The position numbers and the translations under genes are program-made. A stretch of DNA of 56,079 nucleotides, filler included, from Catajapyx aquilonaris (taxonomy: Eukaryota): the NCBI GenBank assembly GCA_000934665.2. It is 4 parts of 4 records of this genome, joined end to end, with 100 filler letters (N's around TTAATTAATTAA, not from the genome) between each part and the next. Parts side by side here need not be neighbours in the genome. Positions count along the whole stretch, not along the records: positions 28,007 to 41,933 come from JYFJ02007951.1; positions 42,034 to 56,079 come from JYFJ02007952.1; 2 more parts are not named here. The stretch is one strand, 5' to 3'. Shown here piece after piece: positions 39,398 through 50,575 of this stretch (positions are counted from its first letter, which is position 1; each line of letters begins with the position of its first letter). The notes below the pieces were generated by a model. The model ran no database searches and was not told the DNA's origin. It saw nothing but the letters and a program-made list of their open reading frames with translations.

Positions 39398-39575
39398 GAT
39401 AGGATATGGACGGAAGGAAGCGGCTGTGGCCTATTAATTACGGAAGCAACTCCGGAATTTTTCCTGGAAGGACCGTGGGAAACCACAGAAAACCACGGTC
39501 AGAGTTTCCGGCCCCAGGATTCGAACCCCGGACCTCCCGATTAGCAGTCGGACGCCTTATCCACTATGCCAACCT
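39398..39575 (-). mobile_element. tRNA-derived SINE, family S3 (similar to Talua/Lm1-type insect SINEs)
   Basis: B box GGTTCGAATCC on the minus strand; GAAGGAAGCGGCTGTGGCCTA body; paralog at 48078. Confidence 0.75.
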
Positions 39576-40859
39576 GCTTAGGTTTGTGTACTTATTAACT
39601 AAGCTAGTGGCACATACCAGGTGACAGGTAGTATTTAAATAACCTAAGTGGGCACTATGACCAAGCTAATTCACAATATGGTATTAATTGGAGGATCAAA
39701 TTATTTCCAAGAATGTATGGGTTTACTATAGTTGTCCAAATTAATTGCCTCTTGACAACCACCAAGTAATTCAGGGGTTTAGGGGAGTTTAGGGGCAATA
39801 TAGTGACAAGAGTTTATGCTGCACCATAGAAACTCTGGAAGACCTGACAGTGAGTTTGAACCTCCAGTGTGATATAAGATTTTCTCGTAGAAATAGATTT
39901 TTAGGGGGTTATTTCTGATGGGTCAGGGATGTAACTTTAAAATGTTGCTCAAAATTAAAGTACTGCAAGAGTGCAAAACAGTCCATCAACTGAACATTTG
40001 TCAAAGACATTTTTTTTTTCATGCATAGTCACTGATATTTTTAATGTGTATGAAGCAGACATGATATTGTGCAACTTACCATACTTTCATATGTGCTTTG
40101 TCAATTTTCAAATGATGTGAAATAGCAAGCAATGCATAAATAATGAAAGAAGCACATTTATAACGTCAGTGCAATTTGCTTACTTCGTTCAGATTTAAGG
40201 ATTCTTTTCTCCTCTTGTATTCCACGATATTGTACTCCTCATAAAATATGTCCAACACCTGTCATAAATTATCAGGTAAAATTTACAAAGTTTCTACTAA
40301 AACATATGGATATCCTCCAGACTTGCGTGATTTGCTTTTGAACCCCTACAGACCACACATCATTATGTCTAATAGGGTCATCATTAAAATAATCCATCAG
40401 TAACCTTGACATCGGAAACATTACAGAATAAATGAATCAAAATTCAATATTGCTGCTGTCATGCACACTTTAACTTACGCAACATTGTATGCTAAAATAC
40501 CTAATTCACATTTCAGGAGTACTCCCTGGTGCTTCTACCATGTGCATTCAAAAATAACTTAACTTACATACCAGGTGGTCTTTGCTAAACTCTAATCCAT
40601 ATAAAGATGCAATGGTTCATGCAAAAACATTGTCATAGCTTGACTTGCCAGTTACTTCATTTATTCTATTTACAATTCGCCAAATTAATTTACAATTCCA
40701 CGAAATAATTTCAAGGAGATATGGAGATAATAATTACAATGTGATTTTGAAGCATTTTTCAGTTATAACTATGGACCACCCTGCAATTCTAGAAATGTTG
40801 TTGGCCCTCTCTATTCTTATATTTCCAACAAATTTGAATTCCCAAGTCACTAGACTTAC

Positions 40860-41242
40860 CTTATTTTCATCAACCTTAGTCAGGCTGAGATTCCGACGGT
40901 GTTTGGGTGCAAACTTGCTGATGCTGTCTCCAATACCCATTTTTCTGCAATTGTTACTTTTCTCAGTGTCACCAAAATCTATGGTGAAGGCCATAGGAGT
41001 GGACTTCTTCTCTTCTGCATCGTTGACGGAGGAATCTTCTTGCAGCTCGGTGAGAATATCACATGCTTCTGGAAAGCCTCCATCAAGTTGGACCGGTTCC
41101 TTGAGTGCTATGCTCTGTGTGATGTTTCGACCTGGAAGCATGTCCAATAGGTTAGGAATGACTATCATTTCTGAATTCACTGACGAGTAAGATCGAACGG
41201 TGACGTCATGATTATTATAGTAGCCCACAGACTGGTGAGTCA
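40860..41242 (-). CDS. CEP170: CEP170-like exon 1 (5' boundary uncertain)
   Basis: AFTIDFGD...IGDSISKF resembles CEP170 FTIEFDD...IRDHVTKF; AAG/gtaagt donor, phase 0. Confidence 0.8.
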
Positions 41243-41711
41243 CTAATCAGGAAAGGTGGGAGAGGTGGTTTGTCAGGTTCATAACTATGTGGGCTACTAG
41301 GTCACTGGCTGTCATACTATTATTGGCAAAGTGTTTTCCGGAGTATCTAGTAGAATATTACTAGGTACCTTATTGTGAAAACACATGAGCTAATGTCGTT
41401 TATTACTCATGAAAATCAGCAAAAAGTTCCAAATAATTTGCATAATGTGACTGAAAAAGTAAAGAATGACTCCTGTTACTTCGGCTAATAGGGTTAAAAG
41501 AAGGGAAAGAAATGTCCTGAAGCCTGAATCAACGTCTTGCCATGTAAATAAGCGCCATAAAAAGGTAAGTCCATGTAAGGGATTTCAAATATCCCGCCTA
41601 AAATTCCATTTAAAATGCTATAACCGGTTACAATCAGGATATTGATTGGTTGTAACCCTGTTCTTGAATACCACTCTACCCGAGATTGCCGATAAATTGA
41701 ACCTACCATTT

Positions 41712-41933
41712 GCTTTTTTCTATTCTTCCTCCCTGCCAGTTGCCCAGCTTCGCTGGGCAACTGGCAGGAGGCAACTCCACCTGCCGGTTGGCCCGCGAAG
41801 CGGGCCATCCGGCGCGCGTGACACGAATAGTAGGGAATCGCCCTCATCCCAATGCGTTTTTCCCGACTTCATAACTCGCGATCGGGTTAATCGATTTCAA
41901 ATCGGAAACAAGATTTACACTCCGCTCACTCCA
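41712..41933. mobile_element. Helentron/DINE-like element end
   Basis: 17-bp perfect stem with a CTTCG-type loop (41732-41768), a second hairpin GCCCGCGAAGCGGGC, and an ATAACTCGCGA..TCGATTTCAA motif; cut by the linker. Confidence 0.5.
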
Positions 41934-42033
41934 NNNNNNNNNNNNNNNNNNNNNNNNNNNNNNNNNNNNNNNNNNNNTTAATTAATTAANNNNNNNNNNN
42001 NNNNNNNNNNNNNNNNNNNNNNNNNNNNNNNNN
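41934..42033. other. Artificial assembly linker
   Basis: N44-TTAATTAATTAA-N44. Confidence 0.97.
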
Positions 42034-43212
42034 TTTGGCGTTACCTGGCAACTGGGCGTGTTCGGACATCGGCATGTGGAGAGTGCTTAGCGTTCTTTCT
42101 GCCGTTGCCACTGTTTACAGGTAGCGATTGATGCTGGGCGACCTATAGCGAAGGGTGTGTGCATGCTTACCAATGCATGGAATCGGAATAAGCGGGCTGA
42201 GGGGATATTGATATTATTATTATTATTATTATTATTACCCCATTGGGATTTACCATATCCTTTAGGGGGGTGGATTACCACCATCGGAAATTGGAGCCAT
42301 ATAAGAAGATCTTATTTAATTACTCCAGGGTAGGTAGGAGGGGATGTGCAAAGTGCAAGTGCAATGTCTCTAACGGTCATTTTGTGAACTCCCCCGGGTG
42401 GCTTAGTCTATCGGAAATTGCCACCCGAAATGAAGCCAGAGATGGCCCAACTCTGCACGGATAAAGGTGGGGACCCCGGGTGGGGATCGAACCCGGGACC
42501 TTAATATTAATATTAATAATAATATTAATAGCGTTACCGCGCTGTGCCGCTTCACCTCCCCACTGACGAGGATATTATTTTGAGAAGGCGCTCCGTTATT
42601 ATCACACTATCGTTACTTTCCAGCGTGTATCAGGATGCATGGAGTTACTGAATGATCGGGAAGGAGTCCGGTACATGCTCTTGTCTGCCAATTTAATATA
42701 AATTGAATGTCATCCACTCCCAATCAAGTCCAGTGTAACAGGTGAAAGGGGAGTAGTGGGTGGGTGAGAGTGTTGGTTGGGTAAGAGACACATTTTCGTT
42801 CTGAATTACTGTCAGAGTCGTTTAGCCGTTTCATAAGAACCACACATAGCAACCAACTACTATAACATCCCTCTCATCTTTCCGGCCATTCCATAACTCC
42901 ATCATCGTGGGAATAAGACAGTGACGATAGTGTGATAATAACGAAGCGCCTGAGTCTCAAAATAATATCCCCCTCAGCCCGCTCATTCCGATGCCATGCA
43001 TTGGTAAGCATGCACACACCCTTCGCTATAGGTCGCCCAGCATCAATCGCTACCTGTAAACAGTGGCAACGACAGAAAGAACCCTATGCACTCTCCACAT
43101 GCTGATGTCCGAACACGCCCAGTTGCCAGGGAACGCCAAAGTCGTTGTTTACACTTGTTATATGCTATTGTGCACGGTACTGTACCAGACACTACACACG
43201 GGCTTCCTGCTG
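42034..43212. mobile_element. Long-armed foldback element, left arm split by a SINE and cut by the linker
   Basis: 42034-42209 plus 42571-42617 are the reverse complement of 42920-43140. Confidence 0.85.
42210..42561 (-). mobile_element. tRNA-derived SINE, family S1, tail type A
   Basis: B box GGTTCGATCCC; (TAA)n tail; imperfect TSD CTGAGGGGATATT / CTGACGAGGATATT. Confidence 0.88.
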
Positions 43213-43224
43213 TAAATTAATTAA

Positions 43225-43587
43225 TTAATTTTATTTATTTATTTATTTTATTTTATTTACTCCGTGATACAACTACTTGCTTGTTATAGGGGGGTGGCAG
43301 ACCACCATACAGTTTTCTAATTGCTTTTACTTCTATCACCGGTGCAAGGATTACTAGGAAATATGGTAAGGGTTGGGGATTTGGGGAGGAGACACATGTG
43401 CAGGTGCATTGTCCAGGGGTGGGCCACGTGCAGTCCCCCAGGAGGTCAGGTTGCCAAGACACCTCCTTAGGCGCGGGTCACGACCCATTGACGCAAGCGA
43501 AAGGTTTGCTCCCGGGTGGGGATTTGAACCCGGGACCTTTCGCATAGCAAGCCGAGACGTTACCATTTCGGCCACCGTGACTCCCCC
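43225..43587 (-). mobile_element. tRNA-derived SINE, family S2
   Basis: A box TGGCCGAAATGG; B box GGTTCAAATCC; (TAAA)n tail; body differs from S1. Confidence 0.8.
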
Positions 43588-43752
43588 ATAATTATTTAAT
43601 AACATATTTTGATAATCTACGTATGTAAGGCAAAAAAATAAAATTTGCTTGCCTGCGGCAACAGAATATTGTTGGTGATTACCATAGAAACAGGCCTGTA
43701 AATGGTATCAAATTTTGCACTTCCCCCAATTTTTTTTATAAAAATTATTTAT

Positions 43753-43907
43753 GTCCCCTCCCCCCAATGTATCTCCACCTTGCCGTGGTGGTGGGCTTTC
43801 GTTTTCCCATGATCCAGAAGAGCTATGCCGGCGGTAGTTTCGTCTACTGGTAGGGCCGCCCAAGTTGGACAGGTCTTTGGGATAGGAGACAGACTAAGAG
43901 AGATACC
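43753..43907 (+). mobile_element. RTE-clade LINE 5' UTR fragment
   Basis: CACCTTGCCGTGGTGG...GAGCTATGCC...GTAGGGCCGCCCAAG..GGACAGGTC...CAGACTAA resembles the 5' region of RTE/BovB/Rex3-type elements as I recall it. Confidence 0.7.
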
Positions 43908-44303
43908 TGTCTTTCCTCTCTTCTTTTTGTTCCTCTTTGTTTCTCTCTCCATCTGTCCCACCGTTTTGTATTCTGATAACCACATAGCCATAGTTGCGTG
44001 GCTCTTTATTACGCAAACAAACCAGAATTTTTACGCCCTTCCAGAGCCTGCATATGTAAGGGAATGAGCAGTTTTGCATTTAATATTGCTTGAGATCTGA
44101 GAAGATTTCGGTGTAATTATCCACGCTCTTTTTTCCCCATGCGAAGAACGGGTACCGCTGCTAGTTTATTTATATTTCTTTCATTTTTGCAATTTCTCTT
44201 CGCGTATCTTCCCATTTTTCTCTCTACAATTTTTCCTATTGTTACTGCATGGGGGGNNCCCCCCCCCCCCTGTAGCTACGCGCCTGCCCACAAGGATTTG
44301 GTA

Positions 44304-45903
44304 AGTTTCACGTGTGAAATTGTCTCCTCTTTTCAACAAAAATGCTAACTTCCTGACTGATGTGCAAATTCATGGCAAAAAGCGAGAATTTTGCAAACAA
44401 ATTAAATTTTCGAAACGAGAGGCAAAGTTAAATACCATCACCCATCAGCGATCAGCCATCACATTGATATGAAGAAATTCCTCATAGTGTCCTCTATCAG
44501 CCATACAAACGGAATTTTGGCATACGCAAGGTTTACGGAGCTATAATCACTGACGTGGAGGGGTGCAGGAGTGCAATATATATTCCATTATAGGGCAATT
44601 CCACGTGAACGTGACCACCTTTTGCACGAAAAAATTTGCCCGTCGATGAGTGTGAGATATGTTTGAGTCCATGTCAAGTCATGACCTTTCCCACAAGGAT
44701 TTGGTCCACCGATGCATGGTTGCCTATCTACAGGCGCTAATTGCACTAGGATCACAGTTAGAGGCAACCCCCTATTACATTTACATGACAACGTAAATGC
44801 ATGATGTAATACATGTTTCATGTGTGAAATTGTATCCTCTTTCCGACAAAAATAGTTGCTTTCCGATAGCTGTGCAAATTCGTGTCAAAATGCGACATTT
44901 TTGCAAACAAATGACATTTTCAAAAAAAGAGCCAAAGTCAAATGTCATCACATTGATATCAAAATACACCTCACAGTGTCCTCTATCAGTGGTACAAACG
45001 GAATTTTGGAATACGAAATGGTTCCGGAGTTATAGGCACTGACGTGGAGCGCTGCGCTAGTGGCCACGCCCGCTGAATGAAAAAGAGCGGCCCACCTAGG
45101 TCCGTCTTCATGTCTCAGGTAGTGTACCTGTGTACGCTTGTCCTTTGTGTTTAATTCACTTAATAATATAGTTCAAAGAAAATTACCATAGAACAGTAAG
45201 AATAAATGAAAATTCCCTTGTCACGTTCAACAAAGTTTCAATTTTCACAAGTGTCAAGTCTGTGTTAAAATATGCTTCATTATTTACAATAGAGAAACAT
45301 GTAGCCTACTTATTACTTTTATGTTCATTCCTCTATTCGTTCCTAGTCACAGTCCAAATGAATGTTCACTGTTGAGACCTGTACGGAATTCCTTGCGGCT
45401 CCATACGGGCCCCTTGCTTTCACTATAATGGAATATATTGCACTCCTGCACCCCTCCACGTCAGTGATTATAGCTCCGTAACCCTTGCGTATGCCAAAAT
45501 TCTGTTTGTATATGGCTGATAGAGGACACTATGAGGAATTTTTTGATATCAATGTGATGACTGATGGTATTTAACTTTGCCTCTCGTTTCGAAAATTTCA
45601 TTTGTTTGCAAAATTCTCGCTTTTTGCCATGAATTTGCACATCTGTCAGGAAGTTAGCATTTTTGTCGAAAAGAGGAGACAATTTCACATATGAAACTTG
45701 TATCATATCAAGCATTGACATTGTCGTGTAAATGTGATCAAAGTACAATTTACGCCTGTAGAGAGGCAACCCCGCATCAGCGGACCAAGTTCTTATGTGA
45801 AAGGTTCTAACATGGACTTAAACATATCTCCTCACACTTTGACACTTATCCATGGCCAGATTTTTTTTGTGCAAAAGGTGATCACGTTCACGTGGAATTG
45901 TCC
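44304..45903. mobile_element. Foldback subfamily B arm pair (44304-44592 and 45423-45903)
   Basis: Mutually reverse-complementary; related to but distinct from the A arms; right end CGTGGAATTGTCC. Confidence 0.8.
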
Positions 45904-46536
45904 AGTAGCGGACCAAATTTATTTGGAACTATTTCTAGATATATTAAAACTATAACTACATTAACTATATTATTAAGTGAATTAAACACAAAGGACAAGC
46001 GTACACTACCTGAGACATGAAGACAGACCTAGGTGGGCCGCTCATTTTCATTCTGCGGGCGTGGCCACTAGCGCAGCGCTCCACGTCAGTACCTATAGCT
46101 GCGTAACCATTTCGTATTCCAAAATTCCGTTTGTACCACTGATAGAGGACACTGCGAGGTGTATTTTGATATCAATGTGATGGCATTTGACTTTGGCTCT
46201 TTTTTTGAAAATGTCATTTGTTTGCAAAAATGTCGTATTTTGACACAAATTTGCACAGCTATCGGAAAGCGACTATTTTTGTCGGAAAGAGGCGACAATT
46301 TCACACATGAACCATGTATTACACATCATGCATTTACGTTGTCATGTAAATGTAATAGGGGGCGCCTCTAACCGTGATCCTAGTGCAATTAGCGCCTGTA
46401 GATAGGCAACCATGCATCGGCGGACCAAATCCTTGTGGGAAAGGTCTTAACGTGGGCTGGACCTAAACATATCTCACACTCATCGACGGGCAAATTTTTT
46501 CATGCAAAAGGTGATCACGTTCATGTGGAATTGCCC
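44593..46536. mobile_element. Large foldback element A, arms of ~575 bp (possibly Sola-like)
   Basis: GGGCAATTCCACGTGAACGTGA...TCACGTTCATGTGGAATTGCCC; arms 44593-45173 and 45963-46536. Confidence 0.85.
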
Positions 46537-47113
46537 ATACGTAGCTGCTCATGTTGAAATTTTGAAAAAAATCTTAGATGTGAGAGCACATGGTACCAGG
46601 TGATCTGGTGTGGAATGACCCTTTTGCTTTCCCCATTTTCCTCTCTTTCTCGCGGGCAAAAAAATAAGTAACATCCTTGATCTTAATATAGCAGAAATTT
46701 TTGGGGTCCCGTGTGGTTCCGCTATACACAGGATTCACTGTATTATCAAGCACATTTACTCCAAAAACCAAAGTCCCAAAACAAAACAGGCTTTTCAATT
46801 GAAGACCTCGAGGGAAGAATGATCACGGTCCACATCAGGTGAAACTGAGATATGGCAATTTCAAATTTCGAAGGCCAATAAGTTAGGTTCTATTGTAAAT
46901 CCCACTTTCGGAGCCATCCATACTGACCTATGATCATTACTCCACAGCAACAACCAAATCATATTCTATGCTAGTGAAACTATCTTCTGAAACATGTAAC
47001 TCATTTTTGACAAAAAGTGGACCTTGATCGTTCTTCCCCCAAGGTCTTGAATTATATTTGACAAGATCCCTTGTGAAAGTCACCAATACTTGACACAAGA
47101 GAGATGTGCTCAC

Positions 47114-47625
47114 CAGACAGCAGAATGGATTAAATATATCCCACTGCAGAGCCTCTACTTCTCCACTCACTTCCCAGCCCCTGTGCCCTTGCTTGTTGTC
47201 CCCTGCTCTGCAGTCAAAGATCCGAACCCACTTGTCACAGCTTCCAGTCAGCAAGGTCTGTCCCTCCAAGGGATGCCACTGTAAGCACTGGACCTTGTCA
47301 TTGAAGCACTGTAAGCAACTCAGCACAGTGCCCCACTTGGCTGGGGAATTCAGGTCCCACAGGCACACTGTCCTGTCTGCTGACCCACTAGCCAAAATGT
47401 TAGGCACCACTCGATTCCAGGAAAGGCCCAGCACAGCATCCATATGGCCTAATCCAGGTTTGGATTTGCGTCCTTTCCTTCCAAGTTTGACGTCTGGCTC
47501 AAGGGAGTCTACAAGGTCCAAGTCCCAAATTTCTATTGCAGGGCTCATGCTCCCTATTGCAGCCATGTTAGAACCTGCTCTGGTTGGGATGGAGGCAGAG
47601 GTAAATGATGCCACATGTGATGGAC
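47114..47625 (-). CDS. PWP1: Periodic tryptophan protein 1 homolog, WD40 exon
   Basis: IEIWDLDLVDSLEP, GHMDAVLGLSWN, LASGSADRTVCLWDL, LQWHPLEGQTLLTGSCDK; cctgcag acceptor, phase 1; CTG/gtgag donor. Confidence 0.93.
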
Positions 47626-47832
47626 CTGCAGGAGACAATCATCAAGCAATCAAAATGTCATCATCAAAAAATGAACTGGAAGCAAGTAAAACTAAAGGCC
47701 TGTTTCCACCGGCATAATTTTTATTCTGGACAAAATGTAAGCCAGCACAATTTTTGTTCCTAGATGATTTTGTGGTGCTCAAATTCCACACCTGTTCAAA
47801 CCAGCACAATTTTTGTCCAAATTGATTCTAAT

Positions 47833-47834
<2 letters not shown>

Positions 47835-47896
<62 letters not shown>

Positions 47897-47906
47897 TAAT
47901 AATAAC

Positions 47907-47965
<59 letters not shown>
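47835..47965. repeat. (AAT)n microsatellite
   Basis: Long run with two AAC interruptions. Confidence 0.97.
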
Positions 47966-47966
<1 letters not shown>

Positions 47967-48077
47967 TTCATACCCCATTATCAGCCTACCGGGCTTTTCT
48001 AGGGGGGGATTTCTCCCAATTTTTTTGTCTGGAACTCTTCCATTTTTACTACTTTTTCTCATCGGAATGAAGCAGGG

Positions 48078-48255
48078 ATAGGGAAGGAAGGAAGCGGCTG
48101 TGGCCTATGATTACGATAACGACCCCGGAATTATCCTGCGAGGACCATGGGAAATCACAGAAAACCATGGTCAGGGTCGCCGGCCTCCGGGATTCGAACC
48201 CAGGACCTCCCGATTAGCAGTCGGACACCCTGTCCACTCCACCACTACTGCTTCG
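48078..48255 (-). mobile_element. SINE family S3, second copy
   Basis: Collinear with 39398-39575. Confidence 0.75.
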
Positions 48256-48387
48256 GTAATTGATGTATATATATTGTATGATGTATTTTTGTTGTGTAAT
48301 ATGTATGTGCAGAATGGAGTGTCCCCCCCCCGCCCCCCGTCCTGAACAATGTTCGTAGGGGGTGGTGGTAATAAATTATTATTATTA

Positions 48388-48420
<33 letters not shown>

Positions 48421-48422
<2 letters not shown>

Positions 48423-49117
48423 AACCAATGCAGTTCCGGAAGTATTCCATATATTTTATTCAAATTTGCCGGGAAGGTGGCACATATGATCAAGATTTTG
48501 TACAAAAAGTCACACCTCCACATGTCCACCCTGGCATCGAAGACAGCTTAAACCGTCCTTCAGCTGCTCGCCAGGTGTAGCTTGTACGGATACATCTTCA
48601 GCATTTTCCGTTCGATGCGGTGCATCGAACTCAGTGGGGATATCCATCTCCAGGGATCCCCGACGCAGGGACTTCTGCGGACTCTTCAACATGGCTTCCC
48701 TCACCTATTCAACACGATAAGTTGCAGGTGGACGCCCACAGCTCTTGCCAAGGACGATGCAGCCTGTCGCTTTGAAACTTCGGAACCACTGAAGGATGGA
48801 CTTGTTGGAGGATGGGTCTTTGCCATAGAGTCACCGGAACTCTCTTCGCACTCTCGTCACACTTTTCAGTTCAGTGAACAAGAGTACACGCTTTGCTTTT
48901 ACAGAAGATGTATCCGTACAAGCTATACACCTGGCGAGCGGCTGAAGAACGATTTAAGCTGTGTGGTTCGACGCCAGGGTGGACATGTGGAGGTGTGACT
49001 TTTTTGTACAAAAATTTGATCATATGCGCCACCTTCCCAGCATATTTGAATAAAATATATGAATACTTCTGGAACTGCATTGGTTCTTTATTGGGAACAC
49101 GTTTTTCGAACACCCTG
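48421..49117 (-). mobile_element. Foldback derivative of a DD41D/rosa-type Tc1-mariner element
   Basis: Arms of ~180 bp; the core on the minus strand reads KAKRVLLFTELKSVTRVRREFR*LYGKDP...GRP...SPQKSLRR...MYPYKL (DUF4817-like HTH); right end CACCCTG-TA. Confidence 0.8.
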
Positions 49118-49354
49118 TATATTAGCACCCCTGGAAAGGTGCACCTTCATCTCTTCAAAATGGACAAGACAAAATTTTTTGATTTGCAACATAAAGTTTG
49201 CACACTATGAAAATTGGGTGGTTTCATGGGGTGGCCTTCAACATTTATTTCGTTGCTCACCTATGTCGGCACAGGTGAATATTTTGGGGGGCTACAGCAT
49301 GCTAAGCGCAAGACGTCATTGAAAGCCCCATTTTTATGGCACGTTACTTTCAGT

Positions 49355-50565
49355 AAGTGCTACCCAAAAGTTCGTGAATTGATTTTTTTCTGACAAATAA
49401 ACTTACCGCACACCTTATTTTCCTCGATTACCCTTGAAGTACAGTGGAGCATTGATTATCCGAATACCTATCAACCGAACGTTTTCGGGTCAGCAAAAAA
49501 AAGCTAGTGCTGTGGCGCTGGAGCTATTTCTCGCAAGCAAAAGAAATTGGCCTTTCCCCCCCCTAACTGTAGGACTACTTCATGTAAAGACAGTAAGGTA
49601 CATGTACAGTATTTTTAAGACGTGTCTGTGACAGAAAATATACAGTTTTGTGTGTAATATCACTCTTTCTTAGTTTCATATTGCTCCTACGACACCGGTA
49701 CAATTTCCCCCCCGTAAATGATCGGTTATCCGAACAATCAGTTATCCCAACACCCCCTTGGCAGACTGTTCGGATAATCGATGCTCCACTGTAGCCCCCT
49801 TTGGAACATAGGTATCAATCACAGTGCTCCTCCCACAATTTGAATTCTTTCTGGAAGTAATTTTTTGTTAGGGCACTCAGCACCGTCTGCGATTCTTCAT
49901 GGACCAGGTTTATGGAGTCAAATCTTCTTCCTTTCAGCTTCATTTCCAGGAAGATGTAGAAGTCAAAGGGAGCTAAAGCTGGCGAAAGAGGCCGCTGAGG
50001 GACAAACGCGCATTGTGATGATGTTGTTCTCGTCATCTCGTGCCACTTATGGAGGCGTTTCCTTCGAATGTCCTCCCTCAACAAGCCTTTTTCGACAAAT
50101 TTAGATCCCTGCGACTTCCTCTTCCTGGAAATGAAAATTAAGATGAAAGGAAGATTTGAGAATAATTTTATGCACTTTCTTGGATGTCCAGAAGGAGTGT
50201 CATCTTCCATGGTCAAATACATCTCTGAACCTAGTACACCATTTGTATGTCCCTAAAGTATTGTCACCGAATGCATCTTGTAGCATCTTGTGAGTTTGCA
50301 CTTCGCAGCACTTTTGCCAAGTTTGAAACAAAATTTACAACGTTCTTTCAGGTCATCAATTTTCACCCCCAGATCGAATCGCAGAACACACCAAACACAA
50401 CGCTACAAAAAAGCCCACGGAAACTGATCCGTTCAACCTCTGACGCTGCCATTTGACATCGAGGTTCAGAAAGGCCACCTCCAGCACTACCTAGAGTGGT
50501 AGCAACAAACTATAAACGGTTCAAAAGTATTCGCGCCAGTTCGCGAACTTTTGGGTAGCACCTTG
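49355..50565 (-). mobile_element. Internally deleted mariner transposon
   Basis: TIRs GTGCTACCCAAAAGTTCG / CGAACTTTTGGGTAGCAC; N-terminal KFCFKLGKSA..MLQDAFGD; C-terminal SPALAPFDF..LKGRRF. Confidence 0.85.
49442..49791. mobile_element. pogo/Tigger-like MITE nested in the mariner
   Basis: TA-CAGTGGAGCATTGATTATCCGAA...TTCGGATAATCGATGCTCCACTG-TA. Confidence 0.88.
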
Positions 50566-50575
50566 TATATCCCTT

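Noticed and set aside
40645..41190. Long plus-strand ORFs opposite real exons (also 47106-47717)
   Set aside because: Antisense shadows of the CEP170-like and PWP1 coding exons.
41242..47114. Possible PWP1-CEP170 fusion or tight linkage
   Set aside because: An artificial linker separates them, and the expected intervening exons of both genes were not found.
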